DNA of 64,000 nucleotides. Origin: an uncultured Actinomycetota bacterium (GTDB taxonomy: Bacteria; Actinomycetota; Actinomycetes; Propionibacteriales; Nocardioidaceae). The notes beneath the pieces are model-generated. The model worked only from the letters and a program-made list of their open reading frames with translations. It did not search any database and was not told where the DNA came from. Position numbers and translations under genes: made by a program. The stretch covers positions 529,508-593,507 of the forward strand of contig CAWBBT010000001.1 of the NCBI GenBank assembly GCA_963787165.1, read 5' to 3'. Below, piece after piece: positions 1 to 9,340 of this stretch (position 1 is the stretch's first letter; every line of letters begins with the position of its first letter).

Positions 1-513
1 AGCCACCTCCTCACGATCGAGGGTGAAGAGGTCATCGACCTCGTGCGACACCACTGGATCGTCTACGTGAAGCCCGCGGCCGAGGCGTTCGCCATCATCC
101 CGCTGTGGCTGATGGCCGTGCTGGGCCCCATCGAGCTCGGATGGTTGTTCCTCCTGCTCGGCGTCGGGATCGGTCTCTACGCCCTCTACATCGCGATTCG
201 CGAGCGCCGCGACCTCTTCGTGGTCACCAACATGCGGGTCTTCAGGGCGTCCGGCGTGTTCTCGGTGCGCATCGCGACGATGCCGATCACCCGCATCCTC
301 GACATCACGGTGGAGAAGCCCTTCATCGGGCGCATCCTCGGGTACGGACACTTCATCTTCGAGTCCGCCGCCCAGGCGCAGGGCCTGCGCAAGATCCGGT
401 TCATCCCGAACCCGGACGAGCGCGACCTCACCATCCAGGGGGTGGTGCAGCGCTCGGGTCTGCGCGGCGGTGGTCAGTCCATGGTGACCCGGCAGATGAT
501 GGAGGGCCGCTAG
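1..513 (+). CDS. PH domain-containing (bPH_2/YdbS-like) membrane protein, 5'-partial
   Basis: Frame is open from base 1 (SHLLTIEGEEVIDLVRHHW...). Two TM segments are followed by VVTNMRVFRASGVFS...MPITRILDITVEKPFIGRILGYGHFIFESAAQ, typical of bacterial PH domains. Confidence 0.8.
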   Translation, partial: SHLLTIEGEEVIDLVRHHWIVYVKPAAEAFAIIPLWLMAVLGPIELGWLFLLLGVGIGLYALYIAIRERRDLFVVTNMRVFRASGVFSVRIATMPITRILDITVEKPFIGRILGYGHFIFESAAQAQGLRKIRFIPNPDERDLTIQGVVQRSGLRGGGQSMVTRQMMEGR

Positions 514-567
514 GCCGGATCTCGAAGCCGGGCAAGACACCTGTGGCGCCGTTCATAGAATGGCGCC

Positions 568-1473
568 ATGACTTTCTCTCGTCCCGGCGCTGTCGACCTG
601 TCTGCGCTCGCCCAGCCCGCCGGCGCCCAAGCGTCCACGCGGGCGGCAGGTGCCTATGTCGTCGACGTCACCGAACAGAACTTCCAGGCCGACGCGCTCG
701 AGGCGTCGATGCAGCACGTGGTCGTCCTCAGTCTCTGGTCGCCCCGCTCTCCGCAGAGCCAGACGTTCAACGAGCTCCTCGCGAAGGTCACCACCTCGTA
801 CGAGGGTCGGCTCACGCTGGCCCAGGTCGACGTCGACACCAACCCGGCGATCGCTCAGGCACTCGGCGCCCAGGGCGTGCCGCTCGTCGTGGGGCTGGTC
901 AAGGGCCAGCCGGTACCCCTCTTCCAGGGCACGGCCGACGAGGCGGACGTGCGCCAGTACTTCGACCAGCTGCTCACGGTCGCCGAGCAGGCCGGCCTGA
1001 CCGGACGCGCGCAGGGCCCCGCGGCCGGCGAGGCAGAGGTTGCTGACGACGAGCCCGTCGACGATCCGCGATTCGCGGCCGCCGATGCCGCCTTCGCCAG
1101 TGGTGACGTCGACGCCGCCGTGGCCGAGTACGAGAAGCTGCTCAACCAGCACCCGGGCGACACCGAGATCGCCGAGCGCCTCGCCGGTGTGCGGCTGATG
1201 GGCCGCACGAAGGACGCCGACCTGGCTGCCGCGCGGGCCGCGGCCGCCGATGCTCCCGACGACCTCGATGCCCAGCTGCTGGTGGCCGACCTCGACATCA
1301 GCGGGGGCCACGTGCAGGACGCGTTCGACCGCCTCATCGAGCTGGTGAAGCGCCTCGACGGCGACGACCGCGAGCGGGTGCGGGAACGCCTGCTCGAGCT
1401 GTTCACCGTCGTCGGCGCGGGAGACTCGCGCGTCGCGACGGCCCGCAGGGCCTTGGCCACGGCGCTCTTCTAG
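568..1473 (+). CDS. ybbN: Thioredoxin-like/TPR co-chaperone (YbbN/CnoX family), no CxxC
   Basis: GAVDLSAL N-terminus; thioredoxin-like VVVLSLWSPRS...VDVDTNPAIAQALGAQGVP; C-terminal TPR helices ending ARRALATALF. Confidence 0.85.
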   Translation: MTFSRPGAVDLSALAQPAGAQASTRAAGAYVVDVTEQNFQADALEASMQHVVVLSLWSPRSPQSQTFNELLAKVTTSYEGRLTLAQVDVDTNPAIAQALGAQGVPLVVGLVKGQPVPLFQGTADEADVRQYFDQLLTVAEQAGLTGRAQGPAAGEAEVADDEPVDDPRFAAADAAFASGDVDAAVAEYEKLLNQHPGDTEIAERLAGVRLMGRTKDADLAAARAAAADAPDDLDAQLLVADLDISGGHVQDAFDRLIELVKRLDGDDRERVRERLLELFTVVGAGDSRVATARRALATALF

Positions 1474-1486
1474 TCGGCCGCTGGCC

Positions 1487-1509
1487 AACCCTGAATGTAG
1501 GGTTCAGGG
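1487..1509. promoter_or_regulatory. Overlapping inverted repeats around a TAGGGT -10-like element upstream of the 1541 gene
   Basis: AACCCT-N6-AGGGTT (1487-1504) and CCCTGAA-N7-TTCAGGG (1489-1509). Confidence 0.4.
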
Positions 1510-1540
1510 CGCAGAGGAGGCGACGTTGGGAGCGTGAGGA

Positions 1541-2761
1541 ATGCGGACGAGAGTCGGCTGGGTCGTGACGGCCCTTGGCGCATTGTGCGCCGTCGCCGGC
1601 CTCGCCGCCATGATCGTCCTCGGTCCTGACAGCCGCTTCACCTCGGGCCCCCATGCGATCGACACCGACGGCATCGCCGTCGTCACTGCCCCCGCGGTCA
1701 TCAGCTGGAAGGGCGTGCAGGTCGACGTGCTCGCCGAGGTGCCGGTCAACAAGCCGATCTTCGTGGGCATCGGGAACAGTGTCGACGTCCAGAACTACGT
1801 CAAGGACACCCGTCGCGAGGAGATCACGTCGTTCTCGACGCCCTGGACCTTGAAAGCACGCAACGTCGAGGGGCGTCAGGGCCTGTCCGGCGCACCTACC
1901 GCCCTCGACTGGTGGATCGCCGGCTCCGCCGGGCTCGGCGGTGCCCGCATCAGCACCGTTCTTCCCGACGAGACGGTCTCCGCGGCGATCTTCGCGGTCG
2001 GGTCGTCGAACCTGAAGGGACTCAAGGTCTCCTACGCGTACGGCATCAAGGGCGGCTTCGCCAAGGGGGCCGGCCTCCTGCTCCTCGGCCTGGGAGCCTT
2101 CTGGGGCGGCGGTCTCGTCCGCCGCGGTGAGGGCCTCTCGGACGAGGACGACGGCGACACCGTGTTCGTGCGGCGCCGGGCCGCCGACGAGGGCGACGAC
2201 CTGGAGGAGATCGAGGAAGTCGTCTACCTCTACGTGGATGAGGACGGCGTCGAGCACGAGATCTCGGCCGAGGAGGCCGCCGAGTACGACGTCGTCGAGG
2301 TGATCGTCGAGGACGAGGACGACGAGCTGCCGACCACGGTCCAGGAGGCTCTGGCCGAGATCGACGGCGAGTCGGAGTCCGAGCCGGAGCCGGAGCCAGG
2401 ACCGGAGCCGGAGCCAGAACCCGAGCCGGAGCCTGAACCGGAGCCGGAGCCACCACGCAGCAGGGCCACGACGGGAGTGCTGACGGCGGCGGACATCCTC
2501 GCCGGTGTCGAGGGCAAGGCGCCGACGCCGCCCCTGGAGCTGGACATCGAGCCCGAACCGGTGCCTGAGCCGGTACCGGAACCAGAGCCGGAGCCAGAGC
2601 CACCTCAGAAGGCCGAGTCACCACCGGAACCCCCGTCCGACCGCGTCGTCTACGTCTACGTCGACGACGACGGCGTCGAGCACGAGGTCGACGAGGACGA
2701 GCTGGGCGAGTTCGAGCTGGTCGACGAGGACGAGCCTGACGATCAGGAGGACAAGCCATGA
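1541..2761 (+). CDS. Hypothetical membrane protein: two TM helices flanking an extracellular domain, plus a long acidic Pro-Glu cytoplasmic tail
   Basis: GC3-biased ORF; N-terminal TM, second TM near aa 175-192, (EP)n runs, and two copies of VVYxYVDxDGVEHE. Confidence 0.75.
   Translation: MRTRVGWVVTALGALCAVAGLAAMIVLGPDSRFTSGPHAIDTDGIAVVTAPAVISWKGVQVDVLAEVPVNKPIFVGIGNSVDVQNYVKDTRREEITSFSTPWTLKARNVEGRQGLSGAPTALDWWIAGSAGLGGARISTVLPDETVSAAIFAVGSSNLKGLKVSYAYGIKGGFAKGAGLLLLGLGAFWGGGLVRRGEGLSDEDDGDTVFVRRRAADEGDDLEEIEEVVYLYVDEDGVEHEISAEEAAEYDVVEVIVEDEDDELPTTVQEALAEIDGESESEPEPEPGPEPEPEPEPEPEPEPEPPRSRATTGVLTAADILAGVEGKAPTPPLELDIEPEPVPEPVPEPEPEPEPPQKAESPPEPPSDRVVYVYVDDDGVEHEVDEDELGEFELVDEDEPDDQEDKP
2380..2450 (+). 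repeat. Coding (GAGCCG)n Glu-Pro tandem repeat
   Basis: Degenerate hexanucleotide repeats encoding [22 protein letters not shown]; a second shorter tract lies at about 2550-2600. Confidence 0.85.
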
Positions 2762-3708
2762 GGCGGTTGTCCCTGGTCGTCGCGGCCGCACTCCTGCTGT
2801 CGGCGTGCGCCGCGATCCCGTCCCATCGTGACGACCCGACGCAGTCGAAGGTGGCCGCGGCCCAGTCCGACGTCGACGCGATCTACGACCGCTACCGCGC
2901 GGTCCGCAACGCCGCGATCGGCCTCCTCGATCCGAAGCCGCTCTCGACCGTGGAGAGCGGCCCGGTGCTCGCGATCGACAGCGGCTCGTTCGAGGTCTCG
3001 CAGCGGCTCTCGACCACGCAGGACGAGGAGTCGCAAGGACTCGTGGTCACGGACGTGCAGACGCCGTCGTTCTCGAAGTACCCGCTGTGGTTCATGGCCA
3101 CGGCCTACGACGCCGCGGGCAAGGTGAACCGCATCCAGATCTTCGAGCGCGAGTCGGCCGTCGATCCCTGGCTGCTCGTGGCGGCGCCGCAGACCGTCGT
3201 CTCGACCGAGCTCCCTCAGCTGAGGCACGACGGCCGCGGGTCCGCGCTCGCGGTTTCTCCGTCGAGCTCCACCGGCATGGCGATGTCGCCACAGGACGCC
3301 GCCGATGCGTACGCGCAGGCACTGGGGGCCACCAGCCCGTCGTCGACGGTCGAGCAGGACGACTTCATCCGGCAGATGCGCGACTCCTTCGACGCCAACA
3401 GCAAGCTCGAGGGCGTCGGCGTCACCCAGGACTGGGCGGCGGAGAAGGTCGAGCACGCCCTGCGCACCGAGGACGGCGGAGCATTGGTGTTCCTGACACT
3501 GCTGCGCCTCGACACGTACGACGTCCAGCCGGGGGTCACGGTCTCGTGGCCGGCGGGCTCACCACAGGAGGCGTTCCTCGCCGACGGCATCTCGTCGTCC
3601 GGCAAGCTGCGCTACTACCACCAGGTGCTGCTCTACCTGCCCGGAGGCGACAAGCGCCCGCGGGCGCTGGGCCAGTACGGCGGCGTCGTGGGTGCCGACG
3701 GCGACTAG
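2758..3708 (+). CDS. Putative lipoprotein of unknown function
   Basis: Lipobox [17 protein letters not shown]; ATGA overlap with the upstream gene. Confidence 0.8.
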   Translation: MRRLSLVVAAALLLSACAAIPSHRDDPTQSKVAAAQSDVDAIYDRYRAVRNAAIGLLDPKPLSTVESGPVLAIDSGSFEVSQRLSTTQDEESQGLVVTDVQTPSFSKYPLWFMATAYDAAGKVNRIQIFERESAVDPWLLVAAPQTVVSTELPQLRHDGRGSALAVSPSSSTGMAMSPQDAADAYAQALGATSPSSTVEQDDFIRQMRDSFDANSKLEGVGVTQDWAAEKVEHALRTEDGGALVFLTLLRLDTYDVQPGVTVSWPAGSPQEAFLADGISSSGKLRYYHQVLLYLPGGDKRPRALGQYGGVVGADGD

Positions 3709-3718
3709 CGCGTCCCGC

Positions 3719-4603
3719 TCACTCCGGCGCGAGAGGAGCCTCGCGATAGACCGGCAGGTCACCGGCGTCGACGGCCGTCAGCAGCTCGAGGGCGGCGGCA
3801 GCCGCGTGCTCACGCACGGTGTCGGTGTCACACCAGTCGACGCCGACGATCTCGGTGGGCTGCAGCTGCATCTCTCCGGTGAACGAGGCATCGACCTGGC
3901 CGAGGTCGAACAGGAAGATGCACGCGTCGTCCCAGCCGCGCCACGCAGGCAGCCAGTTGACCGTGAGGAGGTCGCCGACCTCGATGCTGACGCCGAGCTC
4001 CTCGCGGATCTCCCGCGCGAGTCCGGCGGCCGGGGCCTCGCCGACCTCGACGACCCCGCCCGGTAGGTCCCACTCGGACTTGTACGTGAGGCGGCACAAC
4101 AGGATGCGTCCCTGCTCGTCGCGCAGCCGCCCCTGGGCGATGACGCGCTTGGTGGGCAGCCCGGCGTTGAGCAGGGCGATGAATCCCTCACGGCTCGTCG
4201 CGGGAGGATCGCCGACGAGGCGGGCGAGGAGGGCGCGATCGGGGTCGTCACCGGCCCCGCGGACGATGCCCTCGCGGCGCAGGCCACCGATCGACCCGGC
4301 CCGGATGTCGTCGATGCGCTCCACCGGGACGCGTGCCTCGATCCGGGTGAAGCCGAGCTCGTCGAAGGCGTGGTCCAGGACGAGGCGCAGGGCCCGGGCA
4401 CCGTGCCACGTGGCGTGGTCGCCGCGCCCGGTGTTCCACCGCACCGAGGCGGTGTTGCCGTCCTCGCCGCGGAGCGCGATCATGCCGACGCGCTCGCCCG
4501 CCACCAGGACGGACCAGTTCGTGAACCCGTCGGAGCCCGTGGTCGGCTCGAGAACGAGGTCGTCGTCAGTGAGGTTCACGCGGGTCCCCCGTGCCCGTGC
4601 CAT
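3719..4603 (-). CDS. GNAT (RimJ/L-like) - NUDIX hydrolase fusion protein
   Basis: Nudix box GGVVEVGEAPAAGLAREIREELG; N-terminal GNAT-like ALRLVLDHAFDELGFTRIEARV...GLRREG. Start is 4603 or 4579. Confidence 0.8.
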   Translation of the reverse strand: MARARGTRVNLTDDDLVLEPTTGSDGFTNWSVLVAGERVGMIALRGEDGNTASVRWNTGRGDHATWHGARALRLVLDHAFDELGFTRIEARVPVERIDDIRAGSIGGLRREGIVRGAGDDPDRALLARLVGDPPATSREGFIALLNAGLPTKRVIAQGRLRDEQGRILLCRLTYKSEWDLPGGVVEVGEAPAAGLAREIREELGVSIEVGDLLTVNWLPAWRGWDDACIFLFDLGQVDASFTGEMQLQPTEIVGVDWCDTDTVREHAAAAALELLTAVDAGDLPVYREAPLAPE

Positions 4604-4661
4604 CGAACCACCGGATCTCGTCCACTCGGACATCGTGCCAGCCCGCACTAACATGGGCGGC

Positions 4662-4934
4662 ATGTGCCGGAACATCAGAACCCTTCACAACTTCGAGCCA
4701 CGTGCGGACGCCGCCGAGATCGAGGCGGCTGCGCTGCAGTACGTCCGCAAGATCTCGGGGAGCACCAAGCCGTCGAAGGCGAACCAAGAGGCCTTCGACC
4801 ACGCCGTGCACGAGGTCGCTCACATCACCGGGCACCTGCTCGACGCCCTGGTGACCACCGCTCCGCCGAAGAACCGCGAGGTCGAGGCCGCCAAGGCCAG
4901 GGCCCGGTCGGCCGAGCGCTACGCGACGGCCTGA
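4662..4934 (+). CDS. DUF2277 family protein
   Basis: MCRNIRTLHNFEP...EAAALQYVRKISG...AN..AF..AV signature. Confidence 0.85.
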   Translation: MCRNIRTLHNFEPRADAAEIEAAALQYVRKISGSTKPSKANQEAFDHAVHEVAHITGHLLDALVTTAPPKNREVEAAKARARSAERYATA

Positions 4935-4955
4935 CCGCGCGAGGAGCGGTGGTGC

Positions 4956-4986
4956 TTGACCTCAACCTTTGTTGAGGTTGCACGCT
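4956..4986 (+). promoter_or_regulatory. MerR/SoxR-type promoter: -35 TTGACC, 19-bp spacer, -10 CACGCT, with SoxR-box dyad
   Basis: CCTCAA-CCTTTG-TTGAGG at 4960-4977 matches the CCTCAA-N6-TTGAGG SoxR box. Spacer 4962-4980 is 19 bp. Confidence 0.75.
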
Positions 4987-5019
4987 GGAGTCAGACATTG
5001 ATTCCACCGAAGGAGCACC

Positions 5020-5721
5020 ATGCGCCCCACTCCGCCCAGGGCACTCATCACCGGCGCCTCCGCCGGGCTCGGCCGCGCCCTGGCCGCCGGCCTCGTGGCC
5101 GACGGCTGGGAGGTCGTCATCACCGGCCGCGACGCCGAACGACTGGATGCCGCGGCCACCGAGCTCGGGCCACGTGCGAGGGCCGTGGCCGGCGACGTCA
5201 CCGATCCCGGTCACCGCGACGACCTCGCGCGCATTCTCGCCGACGGCTTCGACCTGCTCGTCAACAACGCCAGCACCCTCGGCATCAGCCCGCTGGTGCC
5301 GGTCCAGGAGCTGACCAGTGCCGTGCTGCGCCACGTCTGGGAGACGAACGTCGTCGCCCCGGTGGCCTTGATCCGCGCCCTTCGGCCGCTGCTGCGCCGT
5401 GACGACGCGGGCGCGACGGTCATCAACATCACCTCGGACGCCGCCGCCGAGCACTACGAGACCTGGGGCGCCTACGCCGCGAGCAAGGTGGCGCTCGAGC
5501 ACCTGACGCTCACGTTGGCCGCCGAGGACCCCGACATCCACTGGTACGCGGTCGACCCCGGCGACCTCCGCACGCAGATGCACCAGGACGCGTTCCCGGG
5601 GGAGGACATCAGCGACCGGCCGCTCCCCGAGACCGTCGTCCCGGCGTTCCTCGCGCTCATCGACCGACGCCCTCCGAGCGGTCGCTACCGTGCCGCCGAG
5701 CTGGCAGCGGTGGCGGCATGA
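5020..5721 (+). CDS. Short-chain dehydrogenase/reductase (SDR)
   Basis: TGASAGLG, NNA and YAASK motifs. Confidence 0.92.
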   Translation: MRPTPPRALITGASAGLGRALAAGLVADGWEVVITGRDAERLDAAATELGPRARAVAGDVTDPGHRDDLARILADGFDLLVNNASTLGISPLVPVQELTSAVLRHVWETNVVAPVALIRALRPLLRRDDAGATVINITSDAAAEHYETWGAYAASKVALEHLTLTLAAEDPDIHWYAVDPGDLRTQMHQDAFPGEDISDRPLPETVVPAFLALIDRRPPSGRYRAAELAAVAA

Positions 5722-6833
5722 CGACGACCATCGGCATCAGTCCCCTGGTCACGTTCACCCCGCCGGGAGAGCGCACGGCCCCGTCGCCGGCGGAGTTCCG
5801 TGGCATCGCCCGCGACGAGGTCCGACTCCTGGTCGCGGACGGGGACCGGGTGCGGCACACGCACTTCCGCGACCTCGCCGATCACCTCGATCCCGGCGAC
5901 CTCATCGTCGTCAACACCTCGCAGACCGTCGCCGGTGAGACAGACGCGCAGCTCGTCGTCGGCGAGAAGCCCGTCGACGTCGTCGTGCACGTGGCGATGG
6001 ACCTGCGCGACGGCACCTGGGTCGTCGAGGTCCGCACGGCCCCCGACGCGGCACGTGCCGTGCTCGACGCCGCCCCTGGTCAGGTGTTGACGCTCACGGA
6101 CGCCGGCGGGCCATCCGCCCTCACCCTGCTCGACCCCTATCCACGCACCGGATCGTCGCCGACCGGCGACGGCAACCGACTGTGGCGCGCCGAGTACAGC
6201 GGTGACGAGCCGTTGCGCGACGTGCTCGGCCGCGTCGGGCGGCCGATCGCCTATGGGTACCTCGACCGGCGCTACGACCTCGCCGACTACCAGACGATCT
6301 TCGGCACCACCCCGGGCAGTGCCGAGATGCCGAGCGCCTCCCGGCCGTTCACGCACGAGGTGGTGACTCGTTTGGTCTCGCGCGGCGTGGGTATCGCGCC
6401 AGTACTGCTGCACACCGGCGTCTCGTCACAGGAAGTGGGGGAGGTCCCGCAGCCCGAGTGGTTCGAGGTCGGGGAGTCGACGGCGCGGCTCGTGAACAGC
6501 ACCCGGGCCGGCGGGGGCCGCATCATCGCGGTCGGCACCACGGTGACGCGGGCACTCGAGTCGGCTGTCGCGGCCGGATCCGGTCTGCTCGAGGCGAGCA
6601 GCGGCTGGACCGAACGTGTCGTGACGCGCGAGCATCCGCCGCGGATCGTCGACGGACTGATCACCGGCTGGCACGACCCGCAGGCGTCCCACCTGCTGCT
6701 CGTGGAGTCGATCGCGGGGCCCGATCTGGCGCAGGTGGCGTACGACGCAGCGGTCGATGGCGGCTACCGATGGCACGAGTTCGGCGACTCGGCCCTCTTC
6801 CTGCCGGCACGTGCCGAGGCAGCGGCCGCCTGA
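5718..6833 (+). CDS. QueA-like (SAM:tRNA ribosyltransferase-isomerase family) protein, divergent actinobacterial subfamily
   Basis: RDEVRLLV, GDLIVVNT, YQTIFG, AVGTTVTRALES and FGDSALFL motifs; ATGA overlap with the SDR gene. Confidence 0.85.
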   Translation: MTTTIGISPLVTFTPPGERTAPSPAEFRGIARDEVRLLVADGDRVRHTHFRDLADHLDPGDLIVVNTSQTVAGETDAQLVVGEKPVDVVVHVAMDLRDGTWVVEVRTAPDAARAVLDAAPGQVLTLTDAGGPSALTLLDPYPRTGSSPTGDGNRLWRAEYSGDEPLRDVLGRVGRPIAYGYLDRRYDLADYQTIFGTTPGSAEMPSASRPFTHEVVTRLVSRGVGIAPVLLHTGVSSQEVGEVPQPEWFEVGESTARLVNSTRAGGGRIIAVGTTVTRALESAVAAGSGLLEASSGWTERVVTREHPPRIVDGLITGWHDPQASHLLLVESIAGPDLAQVAYDAAVDGGYRWHEFGDSALFLPARAEAAAA

Positions 6834-6889
6834 CGTCATCCCACGCCTGAGTCCGGCAGGCGGGGGTCGTCCTGTGCCACGATGCCCCC

Positions 6890-7300
6890 GTGACGATCGA
6901 GAACGTCCTCTGGATGCTGACCGCGCTCGCCGCGGTCGTGGTGCTGCTCACCCGGATGCGACTCTCGGCCGTCGATCAGCAGGCCGGCCACGCCCAGATC
7001 CCGATGTCGATCCTCAACGCCCACACCGTGATCGGCGTGCTGGCGCTCGGTGTCTGGGGCTACTACCTCACGTCGCCCAGTGACCTGCTCGGGCTCGGCG
7101 CACTGTCCGCGTGGTGGATCGAGGCGATTCTCGGCGTGATGATCCTCGCGCGCTGGGTGCCCGGCGCGGGTCGTCACGCGGCCCCGGCCACCGATGACAG
7201 CTGGGCACAGGGGCCGTCCCTGTCGATCCTGGGCCACGTCGGCCTGGTGCTCGGCGTCGCCTTCTTCACGTACTGCGTGGTCACGGGGCGCGGCGTCTGA
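6890..7300 (+). CDS. Hypothetical 4-TM membrane protein
   Basis: Four hydrophobic segments; GC3-biased ORF. Confidence 0.75.
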   Translation: MTIENVLWMLTALAAVVVLLTRMRLSAVDQQAGHAQIPMSILNAHTVIGVLALGVWGYYLTSPSDLLGLGALSAWWIEAILGVMILARWVPGAGRHAAPATDDSWAQGPSLSILGHVGLVLGVAFFTYCVVTGRGV

Positions 7301-7338
7301 CCCGGTGGCCCAGACGTCAGCGACCGACGCGTGGCCGT

Positions 7339-9246
7339 TCAGGAACGGTCGTACGTGAGGATCCGCGCCGGCGAGTGATTGCTCAGCGGCACGCGCCCGA
7401 CCGAGCAGTGGGTTCCGTCGATCTCGTCACGCATCGTCAGGTCGGTGTCGGCCGGAAGCCCGAAGGCCGCGGCGTCGACGTCCACGCCCACGGCCTTGCC
7501 GAAGGCCGGGAAGAGGTCCACGACCACGAGCACGGCGTCATCGCCGCGCCTCTTCGAGAACGCGATGACGCCGGTCTGGTTGGTGCGGTGCACGACGAGG
7601 TTGCGGAGCCGCTGGAGCGCCGGGTGGTCGCGCCGGATCTCGTTGAGCCGCGAGATGAACGGCGCCAACGACCACGGGTCGTCCCAGTCACGGACCTTGA
7701 TCTCGTACTTCTCCGAGTGCAGGTACTCCTCGGTGTCGGTTCCGGCCGGCTCGTGCTCCATCAGCTCGTACCCCGCGTACATGCCCCACGAGGGCGATCC
7801 GGTGGCCGCGAGCACGGCACGGGCGCGGAACATCGACTGCTCACCGTCCTGGAGGTACCGCGGCAGGATGTCCGGGGTGTTGACGAAGAAGTTCGGCCGC
7901 ATGAGGTCGCTCGAGTGGTTCGACACCTCGTCGAGGTAGTCGGACGTCTCGTCGGCGTGCTCACGCCAGATGAAGTAGGTGGCGCTCTGGTGGAAGCCGA
8001 CAGCGGCGAGGGCGTGCAGCATCGCCGGGTCCGTGAAGGCCTCGGCCAGGAACAGGACGTCCACGTCGATGTCGCGCACGTCGGCGAGCAGTCGCTCCCA
8101 GAACCGCAGGGGTGCGGTCTGCGGGTGGTCGACACGGAAGATGCGGATGCCGTGGTCGATCCAGTGCGCCACGATCCGCAGCACCTCGTAGTACAGGTTG
8201 TCCGGGTCGTTGTCGAAGTCGAGCGCGTAGACCGTGTCGAACGACGTGGGCGAGTTGTCGGCCCGGGCGATGGAGCCGTCGGGCCGGATGGTGAACCACT
8301 CGGGGTGCTCCGTGACCCATGGATGATCGGGAGAGCACTGCAGAGCAAGGTCGAGCGCCACCTCGAGGCCGAGCTGGTGGGCCCGTTCGACGAACGCGTC
8401 GAAGTCGTCGAAGGTGCCGAGGTCGGGATGAACGGCGTCGTGCCCCCCGTCCCTGGAGCCGATGGCCCATGGTGAGCCCGGGTCGTCCACGCGGGCGGGT
8501 GCGGCGTGGTCGCGGCCCAGGCGACGGCTTTCGCCGATCGGGTGGACGGGCGGCAGGGCGACGATGTCGAAGCCCATCGCGGCGACCGCTTCCAGTCGTT
8601 TCGCCGCGGTGCGCAGCGTGCCGGGCTGGGCGGAGCCGTCGAACCGGCGCTCGGCGCCCTCGGACCGCGGGAACATCGTGTACCAGGAGCCGACGAGCGC
8701 GCGCTCACGATCGACGAACACCGGGTATCGGTCCGAGGCGCCGACGTGGTCCCGCACGCTCTCCCGGTCGAACGTCGCGACGAACGTCAGGGCGGTGGCC
8801 AGCCGTTCGATGGCCGGCGACGTCGTGTCGACCATGTCGTCGGCCACCACGCCGCACGCCGGGTCGATCGCCGTGCCTCGTCGCAGCAGCGTGGCGCCCT
8901 CGGCGAGCGTGACCTCGACGTCGACGTCGGCGGCGAAGCGAACCTGGGCGTCTCGCACCCATGCGGCGATCGGGTCGTGCCACGACTCGACGCGGAAGGT
9001 CCAGGGGCCGACGGAGTCGGCACTGACGGTGGCAGCCCAGTGGTCGTTGTCGAGATGGCTCATCCGCGCCGATGGCCGGTCGCGACCGTCGGGGCCGGTC
9101 AGGATGACGGCGGCGCGCACGATGCGATCGCCCTCGCCGAACACGCGGGCCCGCACCGTGAATTCCTCGTCCGGGACAGCCTTGACCGGGAAACGTCCAC
9201 CCTCGATCTGGGGGCGGACACCCATGACCGGCACCCGGGTGACCAT
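7339..9246 (-). CDS. glgE: GlgE-like alpha-1,4-glucan:maltose-1-phosphate maltosyltransferase (GH13), diverged
   Basis: DUF3416-type N-terminus, WYTMFPRS, LPPVHPIG, ALQCSPDHPW, FRVD, LAEAFT, NTPDIL and SEKYEIK motifs. Confidence 0.85.
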   Translation of the reverse strand: MVTRVPVMGVRPQIEGGRFPVKAVPDEEFTVRARVFGEGDRIVRAAVILTGPDGRDRPSARMSHLDNDHWAATVSADSVGPWTFRVESWHDPIAAWVRDAQVRFAADVDVEVTLAEGATLLRRGTAIDPACGVVADDMVDTTSPAIERLATALTFVATFDRESVRDHVGASDRYPVFVDRERALVGSWYTMFPRSEGAERRFDGSAQPGTLRTAAKRLEAVAAMGFDIVALPPVHPIGESRRLGRDHAAPARVDDPGSPWAIGSRDGGHDAVHPDLGTFDDFDAFVERAHQLGLEVALDLALQCSPDHPWVTEHPEWFTIRPDGSIARADNSPTSFDTVYALDFDNDPDNLYYEVLRIVAHWIDHGIRIFRVDHPQTAPLRFWERLLADVRDIDVDVLFLAEAFTDPAMLHALAAVGFHQSATYFIWREHADETSDYLDEVSNHSSDLMRPNFFVNTPDILPRYLQDGEQSMFRARAVLAATGSPSWGMYAGYELMEHEPAGTDTEEYLHSEKYEIKVRDWDDPWSLAPFISRLNEIRRDHPALQRLRNLVVHRTNQTGVIAFSKRRGDDAVLVVVDLFPAFGKAVGVDVDAAAFGLPADTDLTMRDEIDGTHCSVGRVPLSNHSPARILTYDRS

Positions 9247-9340
9247 GCGCTCAAGGTAGTGCGTGGACGTCGTGACCACCGGTCTTCCTGCTGTCCTATG
9301 CTCGATCCGTCATGACCGCGCTGTGACCGGAGGAAGCCCA

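Noticed and set aside
2380-2610. Regular short repeats that could be mistaken for a CRISPR or VNTR array
   Set aside because: They are in-frame GAG-CCG (Glu-Pro) codon repeats without unique spacers.
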